Below, piece by piece: positions 12,546-27,089 of a stretch of DNA of 64,000 nt. The DNA comes from Paraspadella gotoi (Eukaryota; Animalia; Chaetognatha). Position 1 is the stretch's first letter, and each line of letters starts with the position of its first letter. Both the position numbers and the translations under genes were made by a program. Location: assembly GCA_051294375.1 (NCBI GenBank), contig CM119271.1:4976188-5040187 (forward strand). The letters are read 5' to 3'. The notes beneath the pieces are model-generated. The model was not told the origin of the DNA, ran no database searches, and saw only the letters and a program-made list of their open reading frames with translations.

Positions 12546-12847
12546 CCTGGTGATCTAAGATCAGTCGACTAGTAAATTTGTAGCAGTTATAGTCAAGCCA
12601 AGCGGTGAGTCAAATTATTTATTTTAAAAATCCTGTCCCCTCTAACGGTATTTCGTACAATTTATTTACCTTTTCAATTATTTGTCACTTTATCTTTATT
12701 ACTTTATATTTTTGTCTTCACATATTCACGTGTTCACTTGTTTTCGAGCAATAAGCTCAACGTTCCAGACGAGCGGCTCTCGAGATGGCCTTTCTTTTCG
12801 GATTTAACAAAAGGTCGCCGCCATGTTTTGTTCTTTTGTTGTTGTCC

Positions 12848-12960
<113 letters not shown>

Positions 12961-14755
12961 AAACATTTCGTCTTCTTTTTCGCTTTTCCCCGTCCACGCA
13001 ATGACAGCTGCGAGTCCTCGCTTTAGATTAAAAAGTGGTTGGAAACGGAGCACTTAACCACCTGCAGCGAAGGCCCTGCCTGATCATTTCTTTGTGAATG
13101 ACTGCCTCTTTTCCAGCGTTCGCTCTCCCCAGTCTGTCGTCACGCTGTTTTTTTTTTCCAAGCGGCTGAGTACAGAACGTATTTAAATCGAGTCGTGGCG
13201 GCTCATCCTTTTTCCCTTCCGGGGACATCCTGCAGGAACGAACCCGGAGGTCAGAGGTTGGAGCCCATAAACCGTAGCCGTTAGAAAGGACGATCCTGTT
13301 TCCATAGCGAATAATAAAAAAAAAAATCCGTTAGATTTTAAGCCTCCTGGCCTCATATATTGTATTAAATTATTAGAAAATTAGGGCAGAAACTAATTTG
13401 TAACCTTGTCCTGATAGATGCTCCCTCTATTTTCAGAAGAAAACACTAACATCCTCTAAATAATTAAATCTATTACTTCTAATTCGTTTCAAAATTTAGT
13501 CTAATTTAGTCTAACATAATAAAAAAATAATAAAACATTATTTTTTAAAGAAAAAAAAATGTCATGATAAATTGTTTTTTTCTTCCTCCAAGAATCAGCG
13601 TCTGTCGATTCAGCAAAAAATCCTGACCGCTCATTCTCCCGCCCTTTTAAATCTTTTCTTGACGTCGCCGATCATTACTCCCGTCTCTATTTTTGCTCCA
13701 ACTAATGCAATACAGCATCACTCCATCACTCAATTACAAATACAGCATCACTCCATCGCTCAATTCCTACATCACGAGATCTCGTAGCGCCGAAGCGCGC
13801 GGGACCCAAAACAACCGCCGCCAAGCCGCCCCCCCCGATCCAAAATTTCGAAGAGCTCGCGTTTCCCTTCGCGCCCCCGGATATTCGTCGCCTTTTAAAT
13901 TTTTATTCCCGTCATATTGGGGATCTATTAGCTGGGAGATGACGACGAAAACGACGACGAAAACGAAGACGGCTAAGAAAATAATGATGACGGACAAGAC
14001 GGCGACAGAGACGATGACGATGACAAAGAAGACAATGTCGATAGTAATGATTAACGCGATGATGACAGATAAATTTTCAACCGACGATGAGGTCGACTAC
14101 ATCCTTAATGACAAAGGAAGAAAAATCGACGAGTTGACAAAGATGACGACAACAAATACAAGGAGAAACAATACGAATAAACTGACCATATAGTCATTAG
14201 CTGAGATCTTTATGATGACAGTGACATAGAATACGACGACGTCGACGACGACGACGACGACAATGATGGCGAAGGATATGAAAATGTCTTAATGATGACA
14301 CTGACGAAGATCACAATAATGACGACAACGTCTAAGGAAAAGGAAGGGAAAAACGACGATAAAGACGACGACAACGACGACTGCAAGAGCCTCTCGTAAA
14401 AAAATAATCCGTCCGGGGTTTGGGTCGTCATGGCGACCCGTACGAGATGGAGAGGGAGACGTGAGAGAGAGAGAGAGGGAGAAGAGGAGGAGGAAAGAGG
14501 AAGAGAAGACGAATGAGTTTTGAATAAAGGGAAAGAGTGGAGGAAAAAGATGGAGAGAGAGAGAGAGAGGGGAAAAAAGAAAAAGAGGGAGGCAGAAAGA
14601 AAAAAGCGCCCAAGTTTGCGAGAGTCAAGGAGAAGACGGAGCAAACTTCGAAATTTCGCGCGCTCTCCTTTTCAAATCGGGGAGCCATCTATTTTAAGAT
14701 GTTTGCCGAGCGTCGATAAATAAAAGAGCATCGGACTCTCGAGTAACGCGCAACC

Positions 14756-14794
<39 letters not shown>

Positions 14795-15119
14795 GAGAGA
14801 AGGAGAGGGGAACGAGGCGGGCAGCTGTCAAGAGTCAATATTGCTTCCTCCTGTTCATTCCCTGCCTCATATGAATACAGTAACCACATTGCCTGGAAGG
14901 CGATGGCACAGGCGCCAACAAGATTCCAATAGATCTCTCTCTCTCTCCTTTGCTCAGATATCCATCTCCTCTCATCTCCCGCTCTGAGATTGCTCATCAT
15001 CTCGTCATCTCACTCTCCGGGTCTCTATCCAGCCTCCTCTCTTCTACCTCTATCACCCCCTCCCTCTACTTCTCCACCTTCATCTCTCTCCCGTCTCCGC
15101 TGTTCTCATCTCTCTCTCT

Positions 15120-17213
15120 CATCATCGCCCGCGGTGGTGCGTCGGAACGCGTATATAATCAAGGCCAAATAAAAATCAGGTCTCTGACGGGCCTGCAGCT
15201 TGGCAGACGATCAAGTTGATGAGGAGAAAAAGGGGGTTGAGAGCACGGGTGGAGCGAACGTTTAAGTTTTTAATCGCAGTTCGAGAATCGAAAAAAAGAG
15301 AGAAAACTGAAATTGAAGTTAAGAAGCTGGGAGTAGTTATCAAGCCAGCTTGGTTCTCATCCCGTGATCATAATTAATATCAGGGGCCAGACTTAATTAT
15401 AAAAGAAGTCAAGACTGGCGCATTGTTGGACTCTAAAGATTTAAAAAAAAAATGCCAAATTAAATTCAATTGAATAATTAGAATTGCTGTGTTTTTTATC
15501 TTACTTTCCTTAATGATCTCATCTTTTTTTCTCGGAGAGGAACACTGGGTTTTAGGCCATGATTTTACAAAAAAAAATTGGAAAAACAAGCGAAAAAAAG
15601 TAAATTTTTCTTAAAATTTTTCTTTTTTTACGCCGCTGACAAGTATTTTTTTACTTATATATATAATTATATATAAATTTAAAAATAAAATAATTCTCTC
15701 CTACGCTTCTAGTAATGTTCTTAATATTGCTTTTAGTAATCTAAAATAAAAACTATTCTCTGAACGATTACTTACGATACATACTTATAATGTGCCATAA
15801 AATCACTCACAAACGCACAAGACGACAACAAACAAACTATTGTCCCGGATCCGTGGAGGTCATTTTGTCATTTGCGAGACTGACAGGCGGACGACCAGCT
15901 GGACACCCGTGGACACCCAGCTCCTATTGAAGTCACGAGCATATACGAACATCAGTTCATTAGACATCGCGGAGCGCAAATGCTTTTTGGGACAAACGAA
16001 GTTGTGACTGATGGAGGAAAAGAAGGAAGGGAGAATGTAAGGAAAAAGAGAAAAGCAGATAGACGTATATATATTATATATTAATATATGAATATATAAA
16101 CGCCGTCGAGCAGAAGTTGACGTTCGAAAGCAACTGGGGGGCTGAAGCCCAAAAGCCACGATACGAATTTCAATAAGAATGCAAATACTAATGTATGATT
16201 TGATTCTGCGTGTTCATCTCTCNNNNNNNNNNNNNNNNNNNNNNNNNTCTCTCTCTCTCGCCCCGGTGGTCGGACCGATAATCAGGCAAATAAAAATCAG
16301 GTCTCTGAACGGGCCTGCAGCTTTGGCAGACGATCAAGTTGATGAGAGAAAAAGGGGTTGAGAGCAGCGGGTGGACGAATTTTTGAACGAGGAACTTTAA
16401 TTTTAATCCAGTCGAGAATCGAAAAGAGAAAAACTGAACTGAAGTTAAGAAGCTGGGGTAGTTATCAAGCAGCTTGGTTCTCTCCCATGATCATAATTAT
16501 TAATTAATCAGGCCAATTAAATTATAAAAGAAGTCAACTGGCCATCGTTGGACTCTAGATTTAGGAAAAAAAATGACAAAATTAAATTAAATAATTCGAG
16601 AGGAACACTGGTTTTAGGCCATGATTTTCAAATAAAAATTGAAACAAAGCGAAATATTAATTTTTTTTCTTACAATTTTTCTTTTTTTACGCCGCTACGA
16701 TTTACTTATATAATTAATTAATTATAATCCCTTCCTCTCTTCTTTTCTCTTCCTCGCTTCTAGAATGTTCTTAATATTGCTTTTAGTAAACTATTATCTG
16801 AACGATTACTTACATACATCCTTATATGTGCCATAACATCACTCACAACCACAACGACAACAACAACTTTGTCCCGCCGTGAGGTCATTTGTCATTGCGA
16901 GACTGGACAGCGGACGCTGGACACCCGCTCTATGAGTCACGACATACGGAACATCAGTTCCATTAGACATCCGGGCCCAAATGTTTTGGGACAAACGAGT
17001 TGTGACTGATGGAGAGAAAGAATGAAGGAGAGAATGTAAGGAAAAAAAGAGGAAAGAGATAGACGTATATATATATATATATATTATATATGAATATATA
17101 AACCGTCAGACAGAAGTTGACGTTCGAGGGGCTGAAGCCCAAAAGCCGCAATACGAAATTTCGAATGAGAGGCAAATACTAATGTATGATTTGATTCTGC
17201 GTGTTCATCTCTC
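15120..17213 (+). repeat. Tandem direct duplication of ~1.0-1.1 kb (15120-16222 vs 16255-17213), each copy ending at an N gap
   Basis: Same ordered words in both copies (aaataaaaatcaggtctctga, gaggaacactgg, gggctgaagcccaaaagcc, atgtatgatttgattctgcgtgttcatctctc); differences are mainly short indels. Confidence 0.85.
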
Positions 17214-17865
17214 NNNNNNNNNNNNNNNNNNNNNNNNNNNNNNNNNNNNNNNNNNNNNNNNNNNNNNNNNNNNNNNNNNNNNNNNNNNNNNNNNNNNNNN
17301 NNNNNNNNNNNNNNNNNNNNNNNNNNNNNNNNNNNNNNNNNNNNNNNNNNNNNNNNNNNNNNNNNNNNNNNNNNNNNNNNNNNNNNNNNNNNNNNNNNNN
17401 NNNNNNNNNNNNNNNNNNNNNNNNNNNNNNNNNNNNNNNNNNNNNNNNNNNNNNNNNNNNNNCCGCCAGAGGCGACACTCGCGGCTTCTGATTGGTCAAT
17501 TTCCGCCACGTGATTACTCCTCATGATTTTTCTTTCCCGCTCCTCCGCGCATTAACTTTCCTTTTATGGACATGAAAGTGCCACGCCAGGGAATTGCTTT
17601 TATGCAAATGAGAGACCCCCTCTTTATTTTTTCCCCCTTTCTTTGGGAAAGAGAAATAGAGAGAGAGAGACTGAGAGGGAGAGACGGAGGAAAGGAGAGA
17701 GAAAAAGAGACAGAAAGAAAACGAGGGAGAGAGAGACAGAAAACGGAAGAGAACGAAAGAGAGAGAGAGAGAGAGAAAGTGTAAGTCTCAGAGAGGAAGA
17801 GACAGGGAAAAAAAAAAGAACGAGAGCAAGATAGAAATATACATATATATATATATGTATGTATG

Positions 17866-17905
<40 letters not shown>

Positions 17906-18000
17906 TGCTTATAATGGGCGGAGATAAGGAGCCGCGAAGCCCCTGGAGGGAAGGGAAAGAAAGAAGGAAGAATGGCATAGAGCGAATGGAAAGAATTGGA

Positions 18001-18050
18001 CCGGAAGTGACGTCATGCGACCGGAAGTTCACAAGACCGTAAGTGACGTT
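18001..18050. promoter_or_regulatory. Cluster of ETS/CRE-type motifs (CCGGAAGTGACGTCA, CCGGAAGT, CCGTAAGTGACGT)
   Basis: Three related copies in 50 bp; no linked gene identified. Confidence 0.3.
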
Positions 18051-20513
18051 ACACTCGCCCACGCGGCCACGGAATCACAGCGCCGGATTTCTAATCACCG
18101 TTAGCATTCACTTATTTGATGTGCCGTTGATAATGACAATCACGGGCGAAAGGGAATGAATTTTGCAAAGAAATATAATATTTGACTCTCTTCGCCGTAT
18201 TTTCGCCTCTCATCGTCGTCGAGCCCAGATTTTCGCTCCTCATCCTCGTTCACAGCCCTCCCCGTCGACGCCCCCCTTCCTTCATCCCCACGGCGACCAA
18301 TTCTCGGAAATCGTCCATAATCTTTTTCATTGTGTCGCCGTCTGGTGTGGATGGACAATTGGACATCGAAGATCGAGCGGAAATGAGACTTTGTCCTTGA
18401 CAACGTCGTCCCTTTCTTCCCAACGTCGGGCGATTCGTCCTCAGAGTCTCGCCTTTTTTTTTCCTTTATCAAGTTTTTAAAAGTATATGTCAGTTCGTTT
18501 AATTAATTCTCGCCGCTCCGAATCGCTTCATCGCGTAATTTTTGTATCCCTCGCTCAAACTCTTTTGTCACGATTATCTTTGTCCTCCTTTTTATCCCTC
18601 CACTTGTCCTCTCTTTGTCCCACGTCGCGAGTCATTGAAACTGGAACGGGCCGTGTTTGGCCTTTTGTAAGTCCCTCGGCCGATAATCGAGTCGTATTAT
18701 CCCGTTTTATCGTTTTTTTTTCCCTTTTCGAGTTTCGAGGGTTTTTACAGCCGGCTATTCAGTGTAGAACATTCATTACAGGCATTTATAATTAAAATTA
18801 ATACTTCTCAATTCCGAATACAAACACTTTATTCCCATTACGATATTCCGTTAAATACATTACAGCAATCCGCCTTTTACAGCTGTTCCGGTCGTTTTGC
18901 TGTTGTTTACAAATTTTTTACAGTCACGGTTTTCCGCGTTCCGCACAAATACGCGCCCGCTCTGCCGCCTCGTGGCGACGTAAACATTNNNNNNNNNNNN
19001 NNNNNNNNNNNNNNNNNNNNNNNNNNNNNNNNNNNNNNNNNNNNNNNNNNNNNNNNNNNNNNNNNNNNNNNNNNNNNNNNNNNNNNNNNNNNNNNNNNNN
19101 NNNNNNNNNNNNNNNNNNNNNNNNNNNNNNNNNNNNNNNNNNNNNNNNNNNNNNNNNNNNNNNNNNNNNNNNNNNNNNNNNNNNNNNNNNNNNNNNNNNN
19201 NNNNNNNNNNNNNNNNNNNNNNNNNNNNNNNNNNNNNNNNNNNNNNNNNNNNNNNNNNNNNNNNNNNNNNNNNNNNNNNNNNNNNNNNNNNNNNNNNNNN
19301 NNNNNNNNNNNNNNNNNNNNNNNNNNNNNNNNNNNNNNNNNNNNNNNNNNNNNNNTTCCCCATTTTTATTTATCTTTGGGTCTCTCTGTCTGTCTCTCTC
19401 TCTCCCCTGTTTCTTCCCTTTTTCTTTCTCTTTTCCAATCCAAATGATGAAAAAAAAACTTCATAAGAAATTAGAAAAGAAAACTTTCGCTCTTTTGCAA
19501 ACGGAAGGGAGGAAGGGGAGGGGAGGAAAGGGAGGAAGAGGGGGAAGGAAAGGAGAAGAGATGGCGCGAAAGAAAAAAAGAGAGAAGGAGAAAGAGAGAC
19601 GGAGAAAAAAGAAATCCCATTAAAAGCTAGTATGCAAATGAAATTTTGGTTCTTTTTCTGCTCGTTCGGGCGCTTGCTCTCNNNNNNNNNNNNNNNNNNN
19701 NNNNNNNNNNNNNNNNNNNNNNNNNNNNNNNNNNNNNNNNNNNNNNNNNNNNNNNNNNNNNNNNNNNNNNNNNNNNNNNNNNNNNNNNNNNNNNNNNNNN
19801 NNNNNNNNNNNNNNNNNNNNNNNNNNNNNNNNNNNNNNNNNNNNNNNNNNNNNNNNNNNNCTCTCTCTCTCTCTCCGTGGCTGATTTTCAAACGACTATT
19901 TTCTGCCTCTTTTTCCGGAGAAGATTGAGAGACTTGTAAGCCGACGGTAATAAATTTCGTTTAAGGGAAGAGAGAAGGGGAAAGAGAGAAAAGATATAAA
20001 AGGTAATGAAGAGAGAGGGAAGGGAGGAAAAGAGGGTAGGAAAGAAAGATGAAAGAGAAAAGAGAATAAGAAAAACTTTCAGAAAGGAGAATGTACTNNN
20101 NNNNNNNAAAAATTATGGAAAAAGGAGAAATATAAGAAAGAAATAAAGAGAGAAAGAAAGAAAGACAAAAATAAAGAGAGAGAGAAAGAAAGAGAGAAAG
20201 AAAGAAAGAANNNNNNNNNNNNNNNNNNNNNNNNNNNNNNNNNNNNNNNNNNNNNNNNNNNNNNNNNNNNNNNNNNNNNNNNNNNNNNNNNNNNNNNNNN
20301 NNNNNNNNNNNNNNNNNNNNNNNNNNNNNNNNNNNNNNNNNNNNNNNNNNNNNNNNNNNNNNNNNNNNNNNNNNNNNNNNNNNNNNNNNNNNNNNNNNNN
20401 NNNNNNNNNNNNNNNNNNNNNNNNNNNNNNNNNNNNNNNNNNNNNNNNNNNNNNNNNNNNNNNNNNNNNNNNNNNNNNNNNNNNNNNNNNNNNNNNNNNN
20501 NNNNNNNNNNNNN

Positions 20514-20548
<35 letters not shown>

Positions 20549-21524
20549 TGAAGGGACGCGGAGACTATAAAGAGAGATGGGAAGGCCTTTTAAGGGAGGC
20601 CGAACGGGTCAACTCGTCCTGCGAGGAACTGTGCCCGGGATGAAGTCTAAGAGGAGGAGGAGAAAGAGGAGGAGGAAGAGGAGGAAGAGGAGGAGCAAGC
20701 GGAAGGGCTAAAGGGAAATGATCCCCGGGGAAGGGAATGCGGGTTTATTTCGTACGAGGGTAAGGGACTAAGGGTAGGGGAAAGAATGATAAAAAACGCG
20801 CTGAGCAGAGAAAAAAGAATACAACGACCATAATAATCGTCTTTAAAAAGTCGTGTTAAATATTTATCATTAATATAGTTTGAATTAGTTTTAAATATAA
20901 AACAAAATTACATTTAAAGTTTATCAAGTCGTTTTTAATAAATTTCCCAAAACACACTAAAAAGAAATATTATTATTAATATTATTTATAAATGATTATA
21001 GGTAAAGTTCTAACCGACTCATAAAAATCTCTTCTAAAGATGCGTCGCCGCATTTTAAAAAATGGGGCTGAACAAAAATGCGAATCTTTAATGCCGCGAG
21101 TCAAACTTCCTTTCGATGCCTTACCCCGTCGAGAGATGCTGCGGCAAAGACTTACCTCGAGGGAGAAGAAGGGAGGATGGATAATGGATATGCGAGCAGA
21201 GAGCAGTAGAGAGAGAGAGAGAGAGAAGAGAATGAGAGAGAGAAGAGAGAAGATCAATGCTTCACATATATATTCGTGGCGGTGGAAAGGGGCGCTCTCT
21301 TCCCGCGGGATTTGGAGTCCCTCGTCAGACGGCTAGCGGTCGCCCGCAGGGAAGAAGGGGTGACAGAGAGAGAGAGAGAAGAAGACGAGAGAGAGAGACA
21401 GAGAGGAGACGACGAAGAGAAATGAGAGAGAGACGAGAGCCGAGATGCGAGAGCGATGATGCGTTTCAAGCAATGACGTCAAACGCGTCGGCTTTCACCG
21501 ACCGGCATTTTGGACAGCGCGTGT

Positions 21525-24500
21525 TTCGTCTCCGCCCCGTGAGGGTCGCGTTCATGTTCCCGGTTTTGGTTCTACGGGGCAAACAGTGTTTCTTCAAAGA
21601 ACTCAGGGAGCTGGTTTAACAATGTTAAGTCTTAAAAATGTTTAAGCTTTCAAGCAGAAGTTTATCTTGTTTTTCTCGCAGAGCTGCGACAATCGGCAGG
21701 AGTGATCGCTACGAGAATCAGAAGGGTTAAGTTATTTTTCGATCCGACCCAACGACATTTCCGTCTTTCCGCGATTACTTAATGCCTTGGGATAATTTCT
21801 CGGCGCGATCCCTGAGTGTTCGTTGGAGTCACACGCGAACTTTCCATGACTTTTAGGCGAATTTCTTTTTCAAACGAAGGATTTGACGAGTGGACGGAAT
21901 CTTGACGCGAATTTTTAATCGCGACTTGAAGGAATAAGTTGCGGGGAATTAGCAGAAGCCTTCAGGCGCTACGAGCCCGTTGCACATCGAGAGTACCTTT
22001 GTGAAAACGTCGAAACGTCTTGTCAATTCATATGGGGGATTTTTGAGAAATGGGAAAGATGTTTTATGCGGTTATGCACGTTCTGTTTTTTTTTTTTAAG
22101 AAAAGCGCAAATGGTGAGACTCTTTATCAATCAAAGGGCGCTTTGCAATATCTCGGTAAAAACTTCATTTTTGAACGTTTAAGTTTTGCCGTGCCCATTC
22201 ACCTTGAAAGAGCTTTTTTTGAGGGCCTTCCCTTCTTACCCCCTACCCACGACGCCTTTATAACCCCGCGGACATTTTCGACAAAATCTCGGAAGCTAAG
22301 GCGAGGACTCTGGAGGACTCTCGCTCTTAATTCGGGCGCGCAATGAATGTTGACAAAAAGGCAGAGAGGAAAGCCGGCAGCGAGAGAGACGGAGAATTTC
22401 AGACTCGCGAATTTTAGTGAGATACAGGATAGACGACGTGCCGAGGGGATAGAGAGAGAGGAGAGACGAGAGAGAGAGAGATGAGAGCAGAGATCGATGT
22501 AGGAGAAGAGACGAGAGAGAGAGATAGTTATTCGCGACCGTAATCAGTCTTAATAAGGGTTACCCCATAATCTCCAGGGCTACTCTCCGTCAATCATCAA
22601 GCCGAGCGAGTCTACGCTGAAATCTCGATAAAAGGTACTATTAAATCTTTCTGCTTTTCTCTAATGGTAGCGAAAAACCCGATAAAATGGCGGGAAAGGG
22701 TCGATATGAGGGGTGGCAAAGGGGGTTGGATTTTGAGGTGAACTTAATAGAGAGAGATGGAGAGAGAGACGAGAGAGAGAGAGAGAGAGAGGGCGACTGG
22801 CTCGATATATTCAAATGTAGTTAATAGATAGATTTTTTTTTTCCTCTCGCTCTCTCCTCGGCCTCGACTTTGATTTACCTTGGAATTTTCTATTTCTAAG
22901 AAAAGAGGATCCGATCGGACTGAATTAGCCAGGGGTGGTCGCGGAAGAATGCGCGACCATGGGGGGGGGGTATACAGCGGCTAATAAGAAAGGGAAGGGA
23001 GAGGACCGAGAAGAGAAAGGAAGAACGAGAGAAACTGAGGAGAGAGGAAGAAAATGTATCACTAGCATTTAGTGGCGTGGGTGAAATAGAAAGAGGGGGG
23101 GGAAAAGGGAGAAAAATAGGATATAAGACAGAAAAGTAAGTATGACCCGAAACCCCAAACCGACCCCCTGCGGCCATCTTTCGGACGACAATCGACGGTC
23201 AAATTGTTTATGGACGAAGATCGGGGCAGATGATCGTCGACTCCCAAACGACGCAATTTCAACTGAGCACAATCCTTCGACCTGCAATTCTGCCTATTGC
23301 ATAATATTCTCATTCAAATTTTCTATATTACAGCTTAATGACCGCCGTGAGGAGACGAGCAGACGATCTCGATAAGAGAGGTTTTATCTGTTCCGGCGAA
23401 ACTCTTGCGAAAAGAAAAAATTAGGTTCTATCGTAAACACGCACGAAATTTTACCGCTCGCGCCGGGACAGGAAGAGAAAAAAAGAAGATTCGATAGAGG
23501 GATAAAAAAAAAAGCATCGAGGATTCAAATGGCAGCGTTTAGTTTAACATTTAAGGTATTTAAAGCAAGATTGTGATTTGATTTATAGTACACTAATATA
23601 ACGATTTAATTTGATCGTTTTTATCCGTACCTTTTACTTCTCAACGAATTACAATAAACGAATCAAAAAGGACAGACCGGAGATTTTATCGACGCTAACA
23701 TATCTAACTAGAGTTCGAGCCGCAGCCATTGGCTAAAACGCTGCGAGATTTACGCGTCTTTGCGAGGCGGCGGCGGTCGGGCTGGCGGCCGGCGGCAGCG
23801 GCGGCGGCGGCGGCGTGCGCAGGGTCGGCGTCGAAGCGCCAATATTTTTCCTCAGACGCTGCGCTTCTCGATGAAGTCGAGACCGAAAAAGATCGGACGT
23901 CCGCGTGGGGTAGAGTATCTTTTTTTAAAGGTAAGTATGAAGTAGGAAAATGCGGCTGAGGAGGCAGGAGAAGACAGGGGCGACGGAGGTTGCGGACAAA
24001 TCAAGAAGAGGAAGCGCGGAGAGACGTGAGTGGAGGCGGGGAATTTAGAGAAAAGAGGAGGGCAGGAAAAAGTGGAGGAAAGGAGCGGAATAAGGGAAGA
24101 AGAAATAAGAGAAAAGCAAGTAGGAGAAAAGGAGGAACAGAGGAGGAGAGAAGCGCGGGAAAAAAAATAATTGAAGGTAAGAGAGAAAGAACCGGAAAAT
24201 AAAAGGGGCATTTGAAGCTGAAGAAAAGAACATTCTGCGGAAAAAAAATAGTGGATGAAGAAGAAGAGATATTTAACCTTGGGGCGTAGCGGACTTTGGC
24301 GGAGGCAACAGAGAGGCGGGAAATAGAAAGAAAAAAAAAAGAAAAAAAAAAGAATGAGAAAATCACGAGATTTCGTGGAGAAGAAATTTAATCTTTGAAG
24401 CTAGGATGTTTTTTGCTAAAACTCGAGAGAATCATCTCTTGTTCAGCGGGCGAGGCGAGATTAAAAAAAGAGGAGAGAGACGAGCGAGACGAGAAGAGAG

Positions 24501-27027
24501 AGAGAGAGAGAGAGAGAGTTAAACTTTACTTCTTATCAACACAGTAATGAGTTATGAAGTTTACTTCCACATGTCGTTTGTGACATTTCGTTACACTGCA
24601 CGAAACCGTTACCTAAAATCTTTCCCGGAATTAACGACAATGGCGGTCTCCGAAGATGACCGAGGGACCAGTTCGCGCGTGTCGAATTTAAACACAAAGA
24701 CAAACGATCACGACATTTATGGAAATTAGTTGTCTAGGGAACTTTATTTCTCGGATCTTTCAACATAATTTGGCGAATCGTGAAATTATTCAACTCGGTT
24801 GTTCGACGCTAAGCAAGGGATATTTTTGCATTCAATCGACTGCTTCTTAATTAAAGTTATTTTCTTAGTGTACTAGTACTATTAGTTATCGTACTAATAC
24901 TTCGAAACGAAAACGAGCGAGAAAGTGACGCGACTCATTTGCATAGAAAAAAAAAAATTAAAGTTAGGAGAAAAAAGTTAAGTATTTCCGGATGGGGATG
25001 AGTAAAGAGAAGTATAACAAAAAAAAAAAGAAAAGAAAAAAGCAAAAAAAAACAATAAAAGCAGAATTTGTCTCGTTATCGCGCTCGCGTCTCGGGGTGT
25101 TCAGGCTGTCAGCTCTTGCTTCTCCATTTGATCTTTTTTTCTGTCAACTCGCTAGTCTATCTTTCACTAGATCCGTGTTCCGTTAGTCTGTTCTTCTACA
25201 AATGTCTGTCTACCCCATTTTACGTATTATCTTCCCGAATTTATGTTTTCTCGCATTTATCGTTTCCCGTTAGTCTTTCTTTGACTTGTGATCTTCGAGG
25301 AATGTTCTGTCTTCTCTATTGTTCTAATCTTTTCCGTCTTCTGTTTGTTTGTTTCCCGGTTTGTATTTTTGATCCGCTCATATGTTTTCCGTTCATGATT
25401 CTGTCTTTTTCCGTTATCCTACGTATGCCTTGTTTATTATTCCCTTCTTTTCACGGACTATCTCGATGGAATTCAAATTTCCATCAACGATCTAGTATGT
25501 CCGTCGTCCGTCATTTACGTTCTTCCCATTTTACTAGCCGACCGCTTGGTTCAATTTCCTATATATGTCCCGCATTTATCTGTCCGTCCGAAAAGTCCGT
25601 CTGGTCGTTTAATATTTTCACATTTTAAAGAAGTAAGTTTGTTTTAAACGTCGGGTCATGAAATGCTTTGTTTGTCTGCCATATTTCTGTCCGTCTGTAT
25701 CTCTATTCTGTTGTCTTCCTGTCCGTGTTGTCTTGTTAAGTTTCTGTCACTAGCTCTTCGATGTCAGTCTTTTTGCGAGTCCGTTAAGTTTTAACTATTC
25801 TCACACCCGCGCATGTCGTGCGTCTGTTCGTCATCGTCGACTTCCTCTCCTCAACTTTTGGCGACTTCACTTCCGCAGGCGACGAAAGGCATTTAGGTCC
25901 GTTAAGAAGCGCAATCAACTCCTCATTCAGCGCAAACGACAGACTTGCCAATTTAGGGGATGCCCGCGCGCGGTACACCGACAAGTTCGGGAAGATGCGA
26001 GTGGAAGATTGGAAGGAGGGAGGTTGGGCTTGTACGGTGGGAGGTGGCAGAGAGTAGTGGGAGAGAAGAGAGAGAGAGGAGAGACAGAGAGTGAAGAGAG
26101 CAGCTGAGAGAGGGCAGGGGAGGGAGAGATGAGATAGATAGGACAGAGATTGAAGGATTGGGGGGGGGGGGGGGTCGTGGGATGAATTAAAACATAAATA
26201 AAACAGGGAGATGAATAATAATGTAATAATTGGATGGAAAATGAGGCAAAATATAGAAACATGAAAAAGAGCAAGAGATAGAAAATTAAGAAGGGGAAAA
26301 AAGAAATTACAAAAGCAAAAGGCAAAAATGAAAAAGGGGAAAAAAAAAGATCAGAATAAAAGAGAAAATAGGATTAGAGAAGAAAAGAAAAAAGGAAGCA
26401 GGCATCAATGAGAAAAAAAAAGACGTTGGGCGACCGACCGACCGATCGTTGCCCTTTTTTTTCCTCAACGAGGGTCGAGAGGCCAAATCGTGAACCTCGT
26501 TTGCGACCCAACGTGGGTCAGGGTCAGGGGGAGAGAGTAAGTAGGTGAGGTGAGGTGAGGTCATTAGGGGTGAGTGAGAAATAGGTCATCATACGGAGGA
26601 GGTGGGGAGAGAGAGAAGAGAGAGAAAGAGGAATGGGGGAGAAAAAACAACTAACTAAGAACGGTGATTCCAAGTGTTGCGCCGAACTGGACTTTATTTA
26701 TGCGTAATTTCTCTCTAATCACATGATTATGACATGACATACATGAATGACTTAAAACTTTCTTAGCCGTGTATTTTGACATGCACTGAGTCGAAATTCC
26801 GTTTTATATTCCTTATATATTACATTTTTAATTTAACAGGACAGACCGATGGACAGACATACCGACCGACAGAGAGACCGACCGAAAAGTGACTTATAGG
26901 TTTCTCCGCGAGCACTCGCGGCGCAACTAAAATGATGAAATTCGAATGGAGAAAAGTAAGTCGGGTAAGGAAGAAAGTGAGGGCCTTAGTTGTTTAGAAA
27001 CATATTTTTCAACACTCGCAAAGGAAG

Positions 27028-27089
<62 letters not shown>

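Noticed and set aside
13693-14723. Thr/Met/Asp-rich ORFs
   Set aside because: (GAC/GAT)-rich low-complexity DNA without splice or domain evidence.
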